Assembly: GCF_000975135.1 (NCBI RefSeq)
Contig: NZ_BBRF01000001.1
Coordinates: forward strand, 197,591 to 221,590
Length of the DNA: 24,000 bases
Direction of reading: 5' to 3'
Origin: Demequina aurantiaca
GTDB lineage: Bacteria > Actinomycetota > Actinomycetes > Actinomycetales > Demequinaceae
The position numbers were made by a program, and so were the translations under genes. The notes beneath the pieces were generated by a model, which had not been told where the DNA came from, ran no database searches, and saw nothing but the letters and a program-made list of their open reading frames with translations. Shown piece after piece: positions 1 through 7,404 of the stretch (positions within the stretch are counted from its first letter, which is position 1; the number at the start of each line of letters is the position of its first letter).

Positions 1-419
1 CCGGAGTAGCCGAGTTCACCGAGGGCACCTTCCGCGAGATCATCACCGACCCCATCGATCCGGCTGGCGTCACGCGTGTGCTGATGTGCACCGGCAAGGT
101 CTATTACGACCTGCTGGCGGCACGCGAGAAGGCCGGCGACACCACCACCGCCATCGTGCGATTCGAGCAGCTGTACCCACTCGTTCCTGAGGCAATCACC
201 GAGGCGCTCGCTCCGTTCGGAGACGCCGAATTGATGTGGGTCCAGGAGGAGCCGAGCAACCAGGGTGCCTGGTCACACATCTCGATGTCGCTGCCGCAGA
301 TCATCGAGCGTCCACTCAAGGTGACCTCACGCAAGGCCTCCGCCTCGCCGGCATCGGGCATGAGCTCGCGTCACGCGGCCGAGCAGGCAGAGTTGGTCGA
401 GAAGGCCTTCCGCCGATGA
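1..419 (+). CDS. kgd: 2-oxoglutarate dehydrogenase/decarboxylase E1 component, C-terminal fragment (5' end lies outside window)
   Basis: Frame 3 is open from the window edge to TGA 417-419. The translation GVAEFTEGTFREIITDPIDPAGVTRVLMCTGKVYYDLLAAREK...MWVQEEPSNQGAWSHI matches the conserved C-terminal end of SucA/Kgd E1 (CxGKVYYDL and WxQEEPxNxGAW motifs). Confidence 0.85.
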   Translation, partial: GVAEFTEGTFREIITDPIDPAGVTRVLMCTGKVYYDLLAAREKAGDTTTAIVRFEQLYPLVPEAITEALAPFGDAELMWVQEEPSNQGAWSHISMSLPQIIERPLKVTSRKASASPASGMSSRHAAEQAELVEKAFRR

Positions 420-1030
420 GAAACGTGTTCTTCGTGGGCGACGAGTTAGTCGCGGGCCACGGCGATCCGAAGGCACTTGGCTGGACCGGACGCGTGGCGG
501 CGCGCACCTTGCCTCACGCCACCGATCTGGCATTTCACACGCTCGCTGTGCCCGGCGAGACCACGGGCGAGATGACTAGCCGCTGGGACGAGGAGGCGCT
601 ACGACGCATTGCCCGCCCCGAGGCCGCCGACGAGCCCCGCTACGCACTGTTCGCCGTGGGGCGAGGCGACGTCACGCGGTCCGTCTCCCCCACGATGACC
701 AGGCTGAACATCGCCAATGCCCTCGACCGCGCATCGGCGCTGGGTTTCTCGACGCTGATGGTGGGCCCGCCCCCCGGGCGCAAGGATGAGAACCAGCAGA
801 TCGCGGAGCTCGCGGCTGTGTGCGAAGAGTCGGCTGCGCGCCGAAGCGTGCCATACGTGGACATGTACGGCCCCCTGGCCCGACACGAACAGTGGGCCGC
901 GGACATGGACACCGGCCACGATGCTTTGCCCCTGCAGGCTGGCTACGGGCTGATGGCCTGGCTGGTGCTGCACTCCCGCTGGCACGCGTGGCTCGGGATC
1001 AATGACGCCGAGGCGCTCAACAACTCGTAG
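416..1030 (+). CDS. SGNH/GDSL-fold family protein with degenerate catalytic signature (GDEL instead of GDSx)
   Basis: ATG 416 overlaps the kgd stop (ATGA, 416-419). The N-terminus MRNVFFVGDELVAGHGDPKALGWTGRV resembles actinobacterial GDSL-type esterases (GDSxVxGxGDPxxLGWxGRV). Block II Gly (VPGETTG) and block V DxxH (DTGH) are present. Block I Ser is Glu (GAG 443-445) and block III is GRGD rather than GxND. Confidence 0.7.
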   Translation: MRNVFFVGDELVAGHGDPKALGWTGRVAARTLPHATDLAFHTLAVPGETTGEMTSRWDEEALRRIARPEAADEPRYALFAVGRGDVTRSVSPTMTRLNIANALDRASALGFSTLMVGPPPGRKDENQQIAELAAVCEESAARRSVPYVDMYGPLARHEQWAADMDTGHDALPLQAGYGLMAWLVLHSRWHAWLGINDAEALNNS

Positions 1031-1151
1031 GAGCACCCTGAGACGCCGGGTTCCCACCACAGTGGCGACGACTACGCCGCCTCACTGGCTCCCTCAGCAC
1101 GCGGAACCACACGGCAGGCCGATGCAATCGCCACTTTTGCGTGGCATCCTG

Positions 1152-2240
1152 CTAACTGATGACTCCGGCGTTGCGCAGTGAGACCGACAGGTCGTGCGGG
1201 CGCGAGGCGATCGCCACGGCATCGTCGAAGTTGACCTCGCCGTCGCTGACCAACTGGAACAGGTGCTGGTCGAACGTCTGCATCTTGTAGTACTCGCCGT
1301 CCGCGATCAGGTCGACAATGGGCGGCTGGCTAGGCGGATCCACGATCGCCTCGGCCGTGCGGCCGGTATTGACCATGACCTCCGCGACCAAGGCACGGCC
1401 CTTACCGTCGCTCTGACGGACCAGTCGCTGAGAGACGATTCCCTTGAGGGTCTGCGACAGCGTTGCCCGCACCTGACCCTGCTCGTGCGGCGTAAAGAAG
1501 TCGACGATGCGGTTGATGGTGTCCTGGGCGTCCACGGTGTGCAGGGTCGCAAGCACCAGGTGACCGGTCTCAGCAGCCGAGAGCGCCGCGCGCACGGTCT
1601 CGATGTCACGCATCTCACCGACCATGATGACGTCAGGGTCCTGCCGCATCGCCCCACGCAGCGCGTTGTTGAAGTCCAAGGTGTCCGAGCGCACCTCGCG
1701 CTGCGAGATGATCGCCTTCTTGTCGTGGTGGAGGACCTCAATCGGGTCCTCGATGGTGATGATGTTCACTTCGCGGTACGAGTTTATGAGGTCAACCATC
1801 GACGCCAACGTGGTGGTCTTTCCGGAACCGGTAGGGCCGGTGACCAGCACCAGTCCGCGCGGCTCGAGCGCCAAGTCCGCGATGACGGGAGGCAGGCCGA
1901 GCTCGTCAAAGCTCTGCGCACCTACCGCGACGTGGCGGAACACGAGGGAGTCCGTGCCGCGCGCCACGTAAGCGTTGACACGGAATCGACCCACTCCCGA
2001 CAGCGAAAACGCGAAGTCCGCCTCGTGGGTATCGCGGAACTGAGCGACGAGATCCTCGGGCAGCACCTGCGCCACCATGTTCCGAGTGTCCTCGGGGCGC
2101 AGCGGGGGAACCTGCAACTTTCGAAGACGCCCGTCGACACGGATACGAGGCGCTGATCCCACCTTGCAGTGGAGGTCGGAGCCGCCCGTGCTCGCGAGGG
2201 CGTGCAGGAACGGGATGACGGAAACTGGCTGGTCGCTCAC
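1152..2240 (-). CDS. pilT: PilT-family type IV pilus retraction (twitching motility) ATPase
   Basis: 362 aa. GTG start at 2240 with GGAG 5 nt upstream. Motifs: N-terminal GGSDLH, Walker A GPTGSGKTTT, TIEDPIE, Walker B DPDVIMVGEMRD, His box ETGHLVLATLHT. Length and motif order are typical of PilT/PilU. Confidence 0.85.
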   Translation of the reverse strand: MSDQPVSVIPFLHALASTGGSDLHCKVGSAPRIRVDGRLRKLQVPPLRPEDTRNMVAQVLPEDLVAQFRDTHEADFAFSLSGVGRFRVNAYVARGTDSLVFRHVAVGAQSFDELGLPPVIADLALEPRGLVLVTGPTGSGKTTTLASMVDLINSYREVNIITIEDPIEVLHHDKKAIISQREVRSDTLDFNNALRGAMRQDPDVIMVGEMRDIETVRAALSAAETGHLVLATLHTVDAQDTINRIVDFFTPHEQGQVRATLSQTLKGIVSQRLVRQSDGKGRALVAEVMVNTGRTAEAIVDPPSQPPIVDLIADGEYYKMQTFDQHLFQLVSDGEVNFDDAVAIASRPHDLSVSLRNAGVIS

Positions 2241-2365
2241 GGATTCTCCATCGGCAGTAATGGGTGTTGCCTTGAGAGGCTACCGGTCGCGGCGCGCCAG
2301 GCATACACAGTGTGGGAAGATAGATAGTCGAGTTTTGAACTTCCCGCGTTAAGAAAGGGGGACCC

Positions 2366-2440
2366 ATGAGCAAGCGAGGCCGCAAGCGCAAGGCGCGTGC
2401 CAAGGGCGGAGCCAACCATGGCAAGCGCCCCAACGCATAG
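2366..2440 (+). CDS. Small basic peptide, likely actinobacterial ribosomal protein bL37 (24 aa)
   Basis: ATG 2366 to TAG 2438-2440 encodes MSKRGRKRKARAKGGANHGKRPNA. An AAGGGGG Shine-Dalgarno lies about 6 nt upstream and a strong terminator hairpin lies about 30 nt downstream. The C-terminal ANHGKRPNA and the 24-aa length match my recollection of mycobacterial bL37 (MAKRGRKKRDRKHSKANHGKRPNA). It is absent from the ORF track because it falls below the size cutoff. Confidence 0.75.
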   Translation: MSKRGRKRKARAKGGANHGKRPNA

Positions 2441-2466
2441 TTAGCACCGGTAATCACCGGAAACAC

Positions 2467-2502
2467 AAAGGCCGCATCGGGCACTGACCGATGCGGCCTT
2501 TT
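2467..2502. terminator. Bidirectional rho-independent terminator shared by the bL37-like gene (+) and rsrA (-)
   Basis: Perfect 11-bp stem GGCCGCATCGG (2470-2480) / CCGATGCGGCC (2488-2498) with a 7-nt loop. It is flanked by AAA upstream and TTTT downstream on +. On the - strand it is followed by TTTGTGTTT. It sits between convergent genes. Confidence 0.8.
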
Positions 2503-2555
2503 GCTTGCCCGCGAGCCCTCAAGGGCGTCGACAGGCGGGCGCTGAGCGCCGAAGT

Positions 2556-2798
2556 CTAGGATTCGGAGCGTGCCGACTTGATGGTGGCAAGTACACGCGA
2601 ACGCAATTCGTCAGGCGCGACCTCGTCGCCACAGTTACCCACGAGGTTCTTGATCTTCTCGTTGATACGGTGCTCCGCTTCGCAGGGCGGGCACTCCTTG
2701 AGGTGATCGCCGATGTGACGCAACTCATCATCGGGCAATTCGTGGTCGATGTACTCAAAAATCTGGTCGAGCGCCTGCTCGCAGTCGTTATTAGGCAT
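2556..2798 (-). CDS. rsrA: Anti-sigma factor, ZAS family (RsrA/RshA-type, redox-sensing)
   Basis: 80 aa: [43 protein letters not shown]... It has the HxxxCxxC motif (H32, C36, C39) plus N-terminal C6, spaced as in the Streptomyces RsrA zinc ligands. ATG 2798 overlaps the sigH stop (2791-2793) by 8 nt. Confidence 0.85.
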   Translation of the reverse strand: MPNNDCEQALDQIFEYIDHELPDDELRHIGDHLKECPPCEAEHRINEKIKNLVGNCGDEVAPDELRSRVLATIKSARSES

Positions 2799-3420
2799 CC
2801 GATGCCTCCCCGGAATCCGTGTTCGCCTTGTTGGCGACGGGACGCTTGTCATAAAAACCGCGCTCCGCGCCATACTCGCGCAGGTTCTCGCGAAGCAGCT
2901 TGCGTCCGCGGTGAAGGCGCGACATCACGGTACCCACCGGCGTGTCCATGATCTCGGCAATCTCCTTGTACGCAAAGCCCTCGACATCGCTCAGATAGAC
3001 CGCCATACGGAAGTCGTCCGGCAAGTCGGCGAGTGCCTGCTTGATGTCACCATCGCCCATCTGGTCAAGGGCGTTATCCTCCGCCGAGGCCAGGCCGGTG
3101 GAGGTGTGTTCCGCCGCTGCTGACAGCTGCCAGTCCTCGATAGTGTCCGCGTCCGAGCGCTTGGGTTGACGCTGCTTCTTGCGGTAGGTGTTGATGAACG
3201 CGTTGGTCTGGATGCGGTACAGCCACGCCTTGAGGTTCGTCCCCATCGTGAACTTGTCCTGCGCCGCAAACGCCTTGGCGAACGTCTCTTGGACCAGATC
3301 CTCGGCATCGGCCCCATTGCGCGTCATGCGCAGGGCAGCAGCGTAGAGCTGATCCATATAGGACAGCGCCTCGACCTCGAAGGTCATTTCCTGGGTGTCA
3401 TTCATCGCCGTGTCATTCAT
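2791..3420 (-). CDS. sigH: ECF sigma factor SigH/SigR (thiol-oxidative and heat stress)
   Basis: 209 aa starting from ATG 3420 ([26 protein letters not shown]...). Region 2 is [11 protein letters not shown]...[16 protein letters not shown]; region 4 is [40 protein letters not shown]. It is immediately followed by the ZAS anti-sigma gene. Alternative starts are ATG 3405, GTG 3423 and ATG 3504. The 450-aa ORF in the track is an artefactual upstream extension. Confidence 0.85.
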   Translation of the reverse strand: MNDTAMNDTQEMTFEVEALSYMDQLYAAALRMTRNGADAEDLVQETFAKAFAAQDKFTMGTNLKAWLYRIQTNAFINTYRKKQRQPKRSDADTIEDWQLSAAAEHTSTGLASAEDNALDQMGDGDIKQALADLPDDFRMAVYLSDVEGFAYKEIAEIMDTPVGTVMSRLHRGRKLLRENLREYGAERGFYDKRPVANKANTDSGEASDA

Positions 3421-3513
3421 CACTGCGTAGCCTACTCTGCCGCGCGTGCGGCGAAGTGGCTTTCGGCGGGTTCGAGCCGTCGTACGTTCCAGGGTGGCTG
3501 TCATGCTTAGGGG

Positions 3514-3539
3514 AACCAACGGTCCCTCTCGTTCATTCC
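3514..3539 (-). promoter_or_regulatory. SigH/SigR-type autoregulatory promoter (GGAAT-N18-GTT)
   Basis: The minus strand reads GGGAATGAACGAGAGGGACCGTTGGTTCCCC. GGAAT is at 3539-3535, followed by an 18-nt spacer and GTT at 3516-3514 preceded by G. This is an exact match to the SigR/SigH consensus. It lies about 95 nt upstream of sigH ATG 3420. Confidence 0.7.
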
Positions 3540-3597
3540 CGACGCCGCGGTCACAACTCAGGCACTCTCGCGATACACAGTCTCCAGTCAACATTGG

Positions 3598-3603
3598 TAG
3601 CGT
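3598..3603 (+). promoter_or_regulatory. Candidate -10 hexamer (TAGCGT) for a leaderless doxX transcript
   Basis: TAGCGT (a TANNNT match) ends exactly 6 nt before the A of ATG 3610. The apparent AGGAG lies only 1-2 nt from the ATG, too close to serve as a Shine-Dalgarno. Confidence 0.35.
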
Positions 3604-3609
3604 AGGAGT

Positions 3610-4134
3610 ATGTTCTTTCGCGCGATAGCCCGCCCATTGCTCGCCTCCTGGTTTATCTATGGAGGCATCGAGTCCGTCCTTACCCCCGAACGCCGCGCCG
3701 AACGCGCGGAACCGGTGGTCAAGCCGCTGCTCGTCGAGGCCGGACTTGAGGACGTCAAGGTCACCGACATGGTCAAGGTGCACGGCGCCGCCACCATCGC
3801 GGCCGCCTCGATCCTGGCACTGTCCCGCACCCCCAAGACTGCCGGATTCGCGCTCGCCGGACTCGCCGCTGTGACGGTGGCCGCTGGCCGGCCCTTCTGG
3901 CGCGAGGAAGATGAGGAAGTGCGCCTTCGCGAGCGCGAGCGGTTCATGATGAATCTGTCGCTGTTTGGCGCCACGGTGCTCGCCGCGACCGCCGGACACG
4001 GATCCAAGCACAAGGATCGCGCCAAGGCCAAGAAGATCAAGGCGCACGACAAGGCCCTCGCCGCCAAGGTGTCCAAGAACGAGCAGAAAATTGCCCGCAA
4101 CCAGAAGGCCCTGAGTAAGAAGCGGGGCAAGTGA
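3610..4134 (+). CDS. DoxX-family integral membrane protein with lysine-rich C-terminal tail
   Basis: 174 aa. The N-terminus [23 protein letters not shown] and several hydrophobic segments are typical of DoxX. The C-terminal ~45 aa are [42 protein letters not shown]. Its stop overlaps the aroA GTG (GTGA, 4131-4134). It is divergent from sigH. Confidence 0.65.
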   Translation: MFFRAIARPLLASWFIYGGIESVLTPERRAERAEPVVKPLLVEAGLEDVKVTDMVKVHGAATIAAASILALSRTPKTAGFALAGLAAVTVAAGRPFWREEDEEVRLRERERFMMNLSLFGATVLAATAGHGSKHKDRAKAKKIKAHDKALAAKVSKNEQKIARNQKALSKKRGK

Positions 4135-5453
4135 GCGGCTCATTCCCGGCCGGCACTGGAGTCGGCGAGGTTTGGGACGCCCCCACTGCCGACAGTCCGC
4201 TTGACGCCACCGTCGACGTCCCTGGATCCAAGTCGCTCACCAATCGCTTTCTTGTACTCGCGGCGTTAGCCGATTCCCCCGTACGCATCAGGGGCGGCCT
4301 CAGGTCCTCTGACTCTGACCACATGATCGGAGCGCTACGAGCGCTCGGCATCGACGTCGACGACTCCGGCGACGAGTGGCTGGTCACGCCCGGCACGGTC
4401 CGCGGTGGGGCTTCGGTCGACTGCGGCCTCGCCGGCACCGTCATGCGATTCGTGCCGCCCATGGTGCTCCTCGCCGACCCCGCCGATGGTCCCGTCACCT
4501 TCGACGCGGCGCCCAGCGCCAAGGGGCGTCCCATGGCACCGTTGCTCGACGCCCTGCGCGCGCTCGGCGCGACCGTCACCAGCGTCGGCGATCAGACGTT
4601 CCCGTTCACCGTGACTCCCCCGACGTCCCCACCTGCCACCGTCGAGGTGGACGCCAGCGACTCGTCACAGTTCGTCACCGGGCTGCTGTTGACCGCACCG
4701 CGCCTGCCCAGGGGACTCACCATCCGGCACACCGGCGAGAAACTTCCCAGCCTGCCCCACATTGACATGACGTGTGAGACGCTGCGCGACGCCGGCATCC
4801 AGGTGGACCAGCCCGACGAGCGCACCTGGGTGGTGCACCCCGGAGCCATGTCTCTGGGAGACATCCGGGTCGAGCCCGACCTCTCAAACGCAGGGCCCTT
4901 TATGGCGGCAGCCGTCGTTGCAGGCGGCACCGTCCGTATCCCCGGCTGGCCCACACACACTACGCAACCCGGCGCCTACTACCCCCAGGTGTTTGAGCAG
5001 ATGGGAGCGACCTGCAAGTTCGAGGACGGCGTCATGTCCGTCACCGGGCCCTCCGACGGCATCTTTGGCATCGAGGCGGACCTGGGACCCGCGGGTGAGA
5101 TCACGCCCACCATCGCCGCGCTGTGTGCCTTGGCCACGGGTCCATCAACGCTGACCGGCATCGGTCACCTGCGCGGCCACGAGACCGACCGCCTCAAGGC
5201 GATCGCGACCGAGGTACAACGGGTGGGCGGTCACTGCGTGGACGGAGATGACTCCCTCACATTTGCGGGACTACCCTCCGTTGGACTCGATGGCGCCGTC
5301 ATGGAGAGTTACCACGACCACCGCATGGCCACCTTCGCGGCGATCATCGGGCTCGCGGTCCCTGGCGTGCAGGTTCTCAACGTCGGCACGACGTCCAAGA
5401 CGATGCCCGACTTCCCGCACTTGTGGCGAGCCATGCTCGAGTTGCCGGACTAG
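4131..5453 (+). CDS. aroA: 3-phosphoshikimate 1-carboxyvinyltransferase (EPSP synthase)
   Basis: 440 aa with a GTG start. Motifs: [64 protein letters not shown]. All are hallmark AroA motifs. Confidence 0.9.
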   Translation: MSGSFPAGTGVGEVWDAPTADSPLDATVDVPGSKSLTNRFLVLAALADSPVRIRGGLRSSDSDHMIGALRALGIDVDDSGDEWLVTPGTVRGGASVDCGLAGTVMRFVPPMVLLADPADGPVTFDAAPSAKGRPMAPLLDALRALGATVTSVGDQTFPFTVTPPTSPPATVEVDASDSSQFVTGLLLTAPRLPRGLTIRHTGEKLPSLPHIDMTCETLRDAGIQVDQPDERTWVVHPGAMSLGDIRVEPDLSNAGPFMAAAVVAGGTVRIPGWPTHTTQPGAYYPQVFEQMGATCKFEDGVMSVTGPSDGIFGIEADLGPAGEITPTIAALCALATGPSTLTGIGHLRGHETDRLKAIATEVQRVGGHCVDGDDSLTFAGLPSVGLDGAVMESYHDHRMATFAAIIGLAVPGVQVLNVGTTSKTMPDFPHLWRAMLELPD

Positions 5454-5461
5454 GCACGCGC

Positions 5462-6502
5462 ATGCGCGAATACGACGAGTCAGACGCCAAGGTGAGGCCA
5501 CCCAAGCGTGGCTCGCGGCCGCGCTCCAAGCTTCGACCCGCACACGAGGATGCTGTTCCCGGCACCGTCGTAGGCGTGGACCGCGGCCGTTTCACCGTGT
5601 GGAAGTCGGATACCGACACCACAGTGATCGCCGTCAAAGCGCGTGAATTGGGCAGGCGCGGACTGGTCATCGGTGACATCGTCGGCATGGTTGGCGACTC
5701 GTCGGGCGACAAGGGCACCCTCGCGCGCATCGTCCGGCGTGAGCCGCGCACGACCGAGCTGCGACGCACAGCCGACGATACCGACCCCACCGAACGGGTG
5801 ATCGTCGCCAACGCGAATCAGCTCGCGATCGTCACCGCTCTGGCCGATCCGGAACCCAACCCACGCATGATCGACCGCTGCCTGGTGGCGGCCTTCGCCG
5901 CTGGCATGGACGCAGTCCTGGTCCTCACCAAGGCGGACCTGGGCTCGGGTGCGGAGCTGCGCGCCACCTACGAGCCACTCGGCGTCAAGGTGCTGGAGAC
6001 AACGGTGCGCCACGACACCGACGTCCTCAAGTCCCACGACGGTACCCCTGACGAGCAATCCGGCATGGAGGCGCTACGCGCGCAGGTCGCGGACGTCTCC
6101 ACCGTCTTTGTGGGCTATTCGGGTGTTGGCAAGTCCACGCTCGTCAACGTCCTCGTACCCGGCGCCGGTCGCGTCACTGGCATCGTCAACGACGTCACTG
6201 GTCGCGGGCGCCACACGTCAACGTCGGCGGTAGCCCTCGAACTTCCCGCGGGCGGGTGGATCATTGACACCCCCGGAATTCGTAGCTTTGGACTCGCGCA
6301 CGTCGACATCGAGAACTTCATCTCCGTGTTCCCTGACATCGCCGATGCGGCGGCAGAGTTTTGCCCACGAGGGTGCGCCCATGCGTCGGCCGAGGACGGA
6401 TGCGCGCTCGATGAATGGTCCCAGACTCCGGATCAACAGGCACGCGTGGACTCGATCCGCCGCCTGCTCGCGACCCGCGCAGACAACGACTCCTGGCAGT
6501 AG
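5462..6502 (+). CDS. rsgA: Ribosome small-subunit-dependent GTPase A
   Basis: ATG 5462 (MREYDESDAKVRPPKRGSRPRSK...). It has an OB-fold N-terminus and a circularly permuted GTPase with TKADL (G4) preceding GYSGVGKSTLVN (G1) and DTPGIRSF (G3). The C-terminal zinc motif is CPRGCAHASAEDGC. aroA-rsgA adjacency is conserved in actinobacteria. Confidence 0.85.
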   Translation: MREYDESDAKVRPPKRGSRPRSKLRPAHEDAVPGTVVGVDRGRFTVWKSDTDTTVIAVKARELGRRGLVIGDIVGMVGDSSGDKGTLARIVRREPRTTELRRTADDTDPTERVIVANANQLAIVTALADPEPNPRMIDRCLVAAFAAGMDAVLVLTKADLGSGAELRATYEPLGVKVLETTVRHDTDVLKSHDGTPDEQSGMEALRAQVADVSTVFVGYSGVGKSTLVNVLVPGAGRVTGIVNDVTGRGRHTSTSAVALELPAGGWIIDTPGIRSFGLAHVDIENFISVFPDIADAAAEFCPRGCAHASAEDGCALDEWSQTPDQQARVDSIRRLLATRADNDSWQ

Positions 6503-6534
6503 GCCGCGCGCCGCCGCAGGGCTGCTCTTACATT

Positions 6535-6564
6535 TTGAGGCCGGGTATACGTCGCCAGTAGGCT
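6535..6564 (+). promoter_or_regulatory. Candidate promoter for leaderless hisN (TTGAGG-N18-TAGGCT)
   Basis: TTGAGG is at 6535-6540 and TAGGCT at 6559-6564. The -10 ends exactly 6 nt before the A of ATG 6571. No Shine-Dalgarno is present in gagcgc. Confidence 0.4.
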
Positions 6565-6570
6565 GAGCGC

Positions 6571-7368
6571 ATGAATCCCACTGGTGAATATGCCGCAGAC
6601 CTGACGCTCGCGCTGTCCATCGCGGACCGGGTGGATGCGCTGACGATGCGCAACGCCGACCCCGCGGACCTCACCGTGGAGCTCAAGCCCGACGACTCCC
6701 CCGTCACCGCAGTGGACCGGGCCGCGGAGCAACTCATCCGCGAAACGCTGGCAACGGAACGCCCCACGGACTCGATCCTGGGCGAGGAATACGGGACTTC
6801 GGGCGACGCCACCCGGCAGTGGATCATTGACCCGATCGACGGCACCAAGAACTTCATCAGGGGCGTACCCGTGTGGGCCACCCTCATCGCGCTCTTTGAC
6901 GGCGACAAGCCCGCCGTCGGCGTGGTGAGCGCGCCCGCATTGGGTCGGCGCTGGTTCGCCGCGGCAGGTGACGGTGCGTGGGAGGGCCGTGAAGCATCGG
7001 CCGCCCGCCGACTAGGCGTCTCCGAGGTCGCCACGCTGTCGGAGGCGAGCCTGTCGTACTCGTCGCTCACCGGTTGGGAGGAACTCGGCCGCCTCGATGC
7101 GCTGCTCGACCTCTCGCGCACCGTGTGGCGCACGCGCGCTTACGGCGACTTTTGGAGCTACATGCTGGTCGCAGAGGGTGCTGTGGACGTGGCCGCGGAG
7201 CCCGAACTGGAGACCTACGACATGGCGGCGCTCGTTCCGATCGTGCTGGAGGCCGGCGGGCGGTTCACCTCGCTCGACGGCGTCGACGGTCCGTTTGGGG
7301 GCAACGCGATCGCCAGCAACGCCGTGCTGCACGATGCCATGGTCGCTGCGCTAGCTCCGGGCGCCTGA
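6571..7368 (+). CDS. hisN: Inositol monophosphatase-family protein, probable histidinol-phosphatase
   Basis: 265 aa. Motifs: DLTLALSIADRVDALT, KPDDSPVTAVDRAAE, GEEYG, WIIDPIDGTKNFIRGVPVWATLIAL, and a C-terminal YDMAALVPIVLEAGG. The IMPase fold motifs are present and the N-terminus resembles actinobacterial HisN. Confidence 0.7.
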   Translation: MNPTGEYAADLTLALSIADRVDALTMRNADPADLTVELKPDDSPVTAVDRAAEQLIRETLATERPTDSILGEEYGTSGDATRQWIIDPIDGTKNFIRGVPVWATLIALFDGDKPAVGVVSAPALGRRWFAAAGDGAWEGREASAARRLGVSEVATLSEASLSYSSLTGWEELGRLDALLDLSRTVWRTRAYGDFWSYMLVAEGAVDVAAEPELETYDMAALVPIVLEAGGRFTSLDGVDGPFGGNAIASNAVLHDAMVAALAPGA

Positions 7369-7404
7369 GCCTCGCGACGGTCGTGCTCCCGCGCGTGCTG
7401 GACG

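Noticed and set aside
1122-1181. A 19-aa ORF (MQSPLLRGILLTDDSGVAQ) in the SGNH/pilT spacer.
   Set aside because: It has no SD and overlaps the 3' end of pilT on the opposite strand. Its composition is unremarkable and nothing supports translation. The nearby GCCAC-TTTTGC-GTGGC hairpin (1129-1144) has only 5 bp.
3550-3572. GTCACAAC upstream of doxX, resembling a mycobacterial MtrA half-site (GTCACA).
   Set aside because: It is a single half-site. The sequence one helical turn away (GGCACTCT) matches poorly, and a 6-mer occurrence by chance is likely.
3421-4143. Upstream extension of the sigH reading frame to a 450-aa ORF.
   Set aside because: The extension overlaps the divergent doxX gene and the sigH promoter region. 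It is Gly/Arg/Leu-rich low complexity. ECF sigma factors are ~200 aa and the conserved region 2 begins shortly after ATG 3420. Only the short 28-aa extension from ATG 3504 is kept as a hypothesis.
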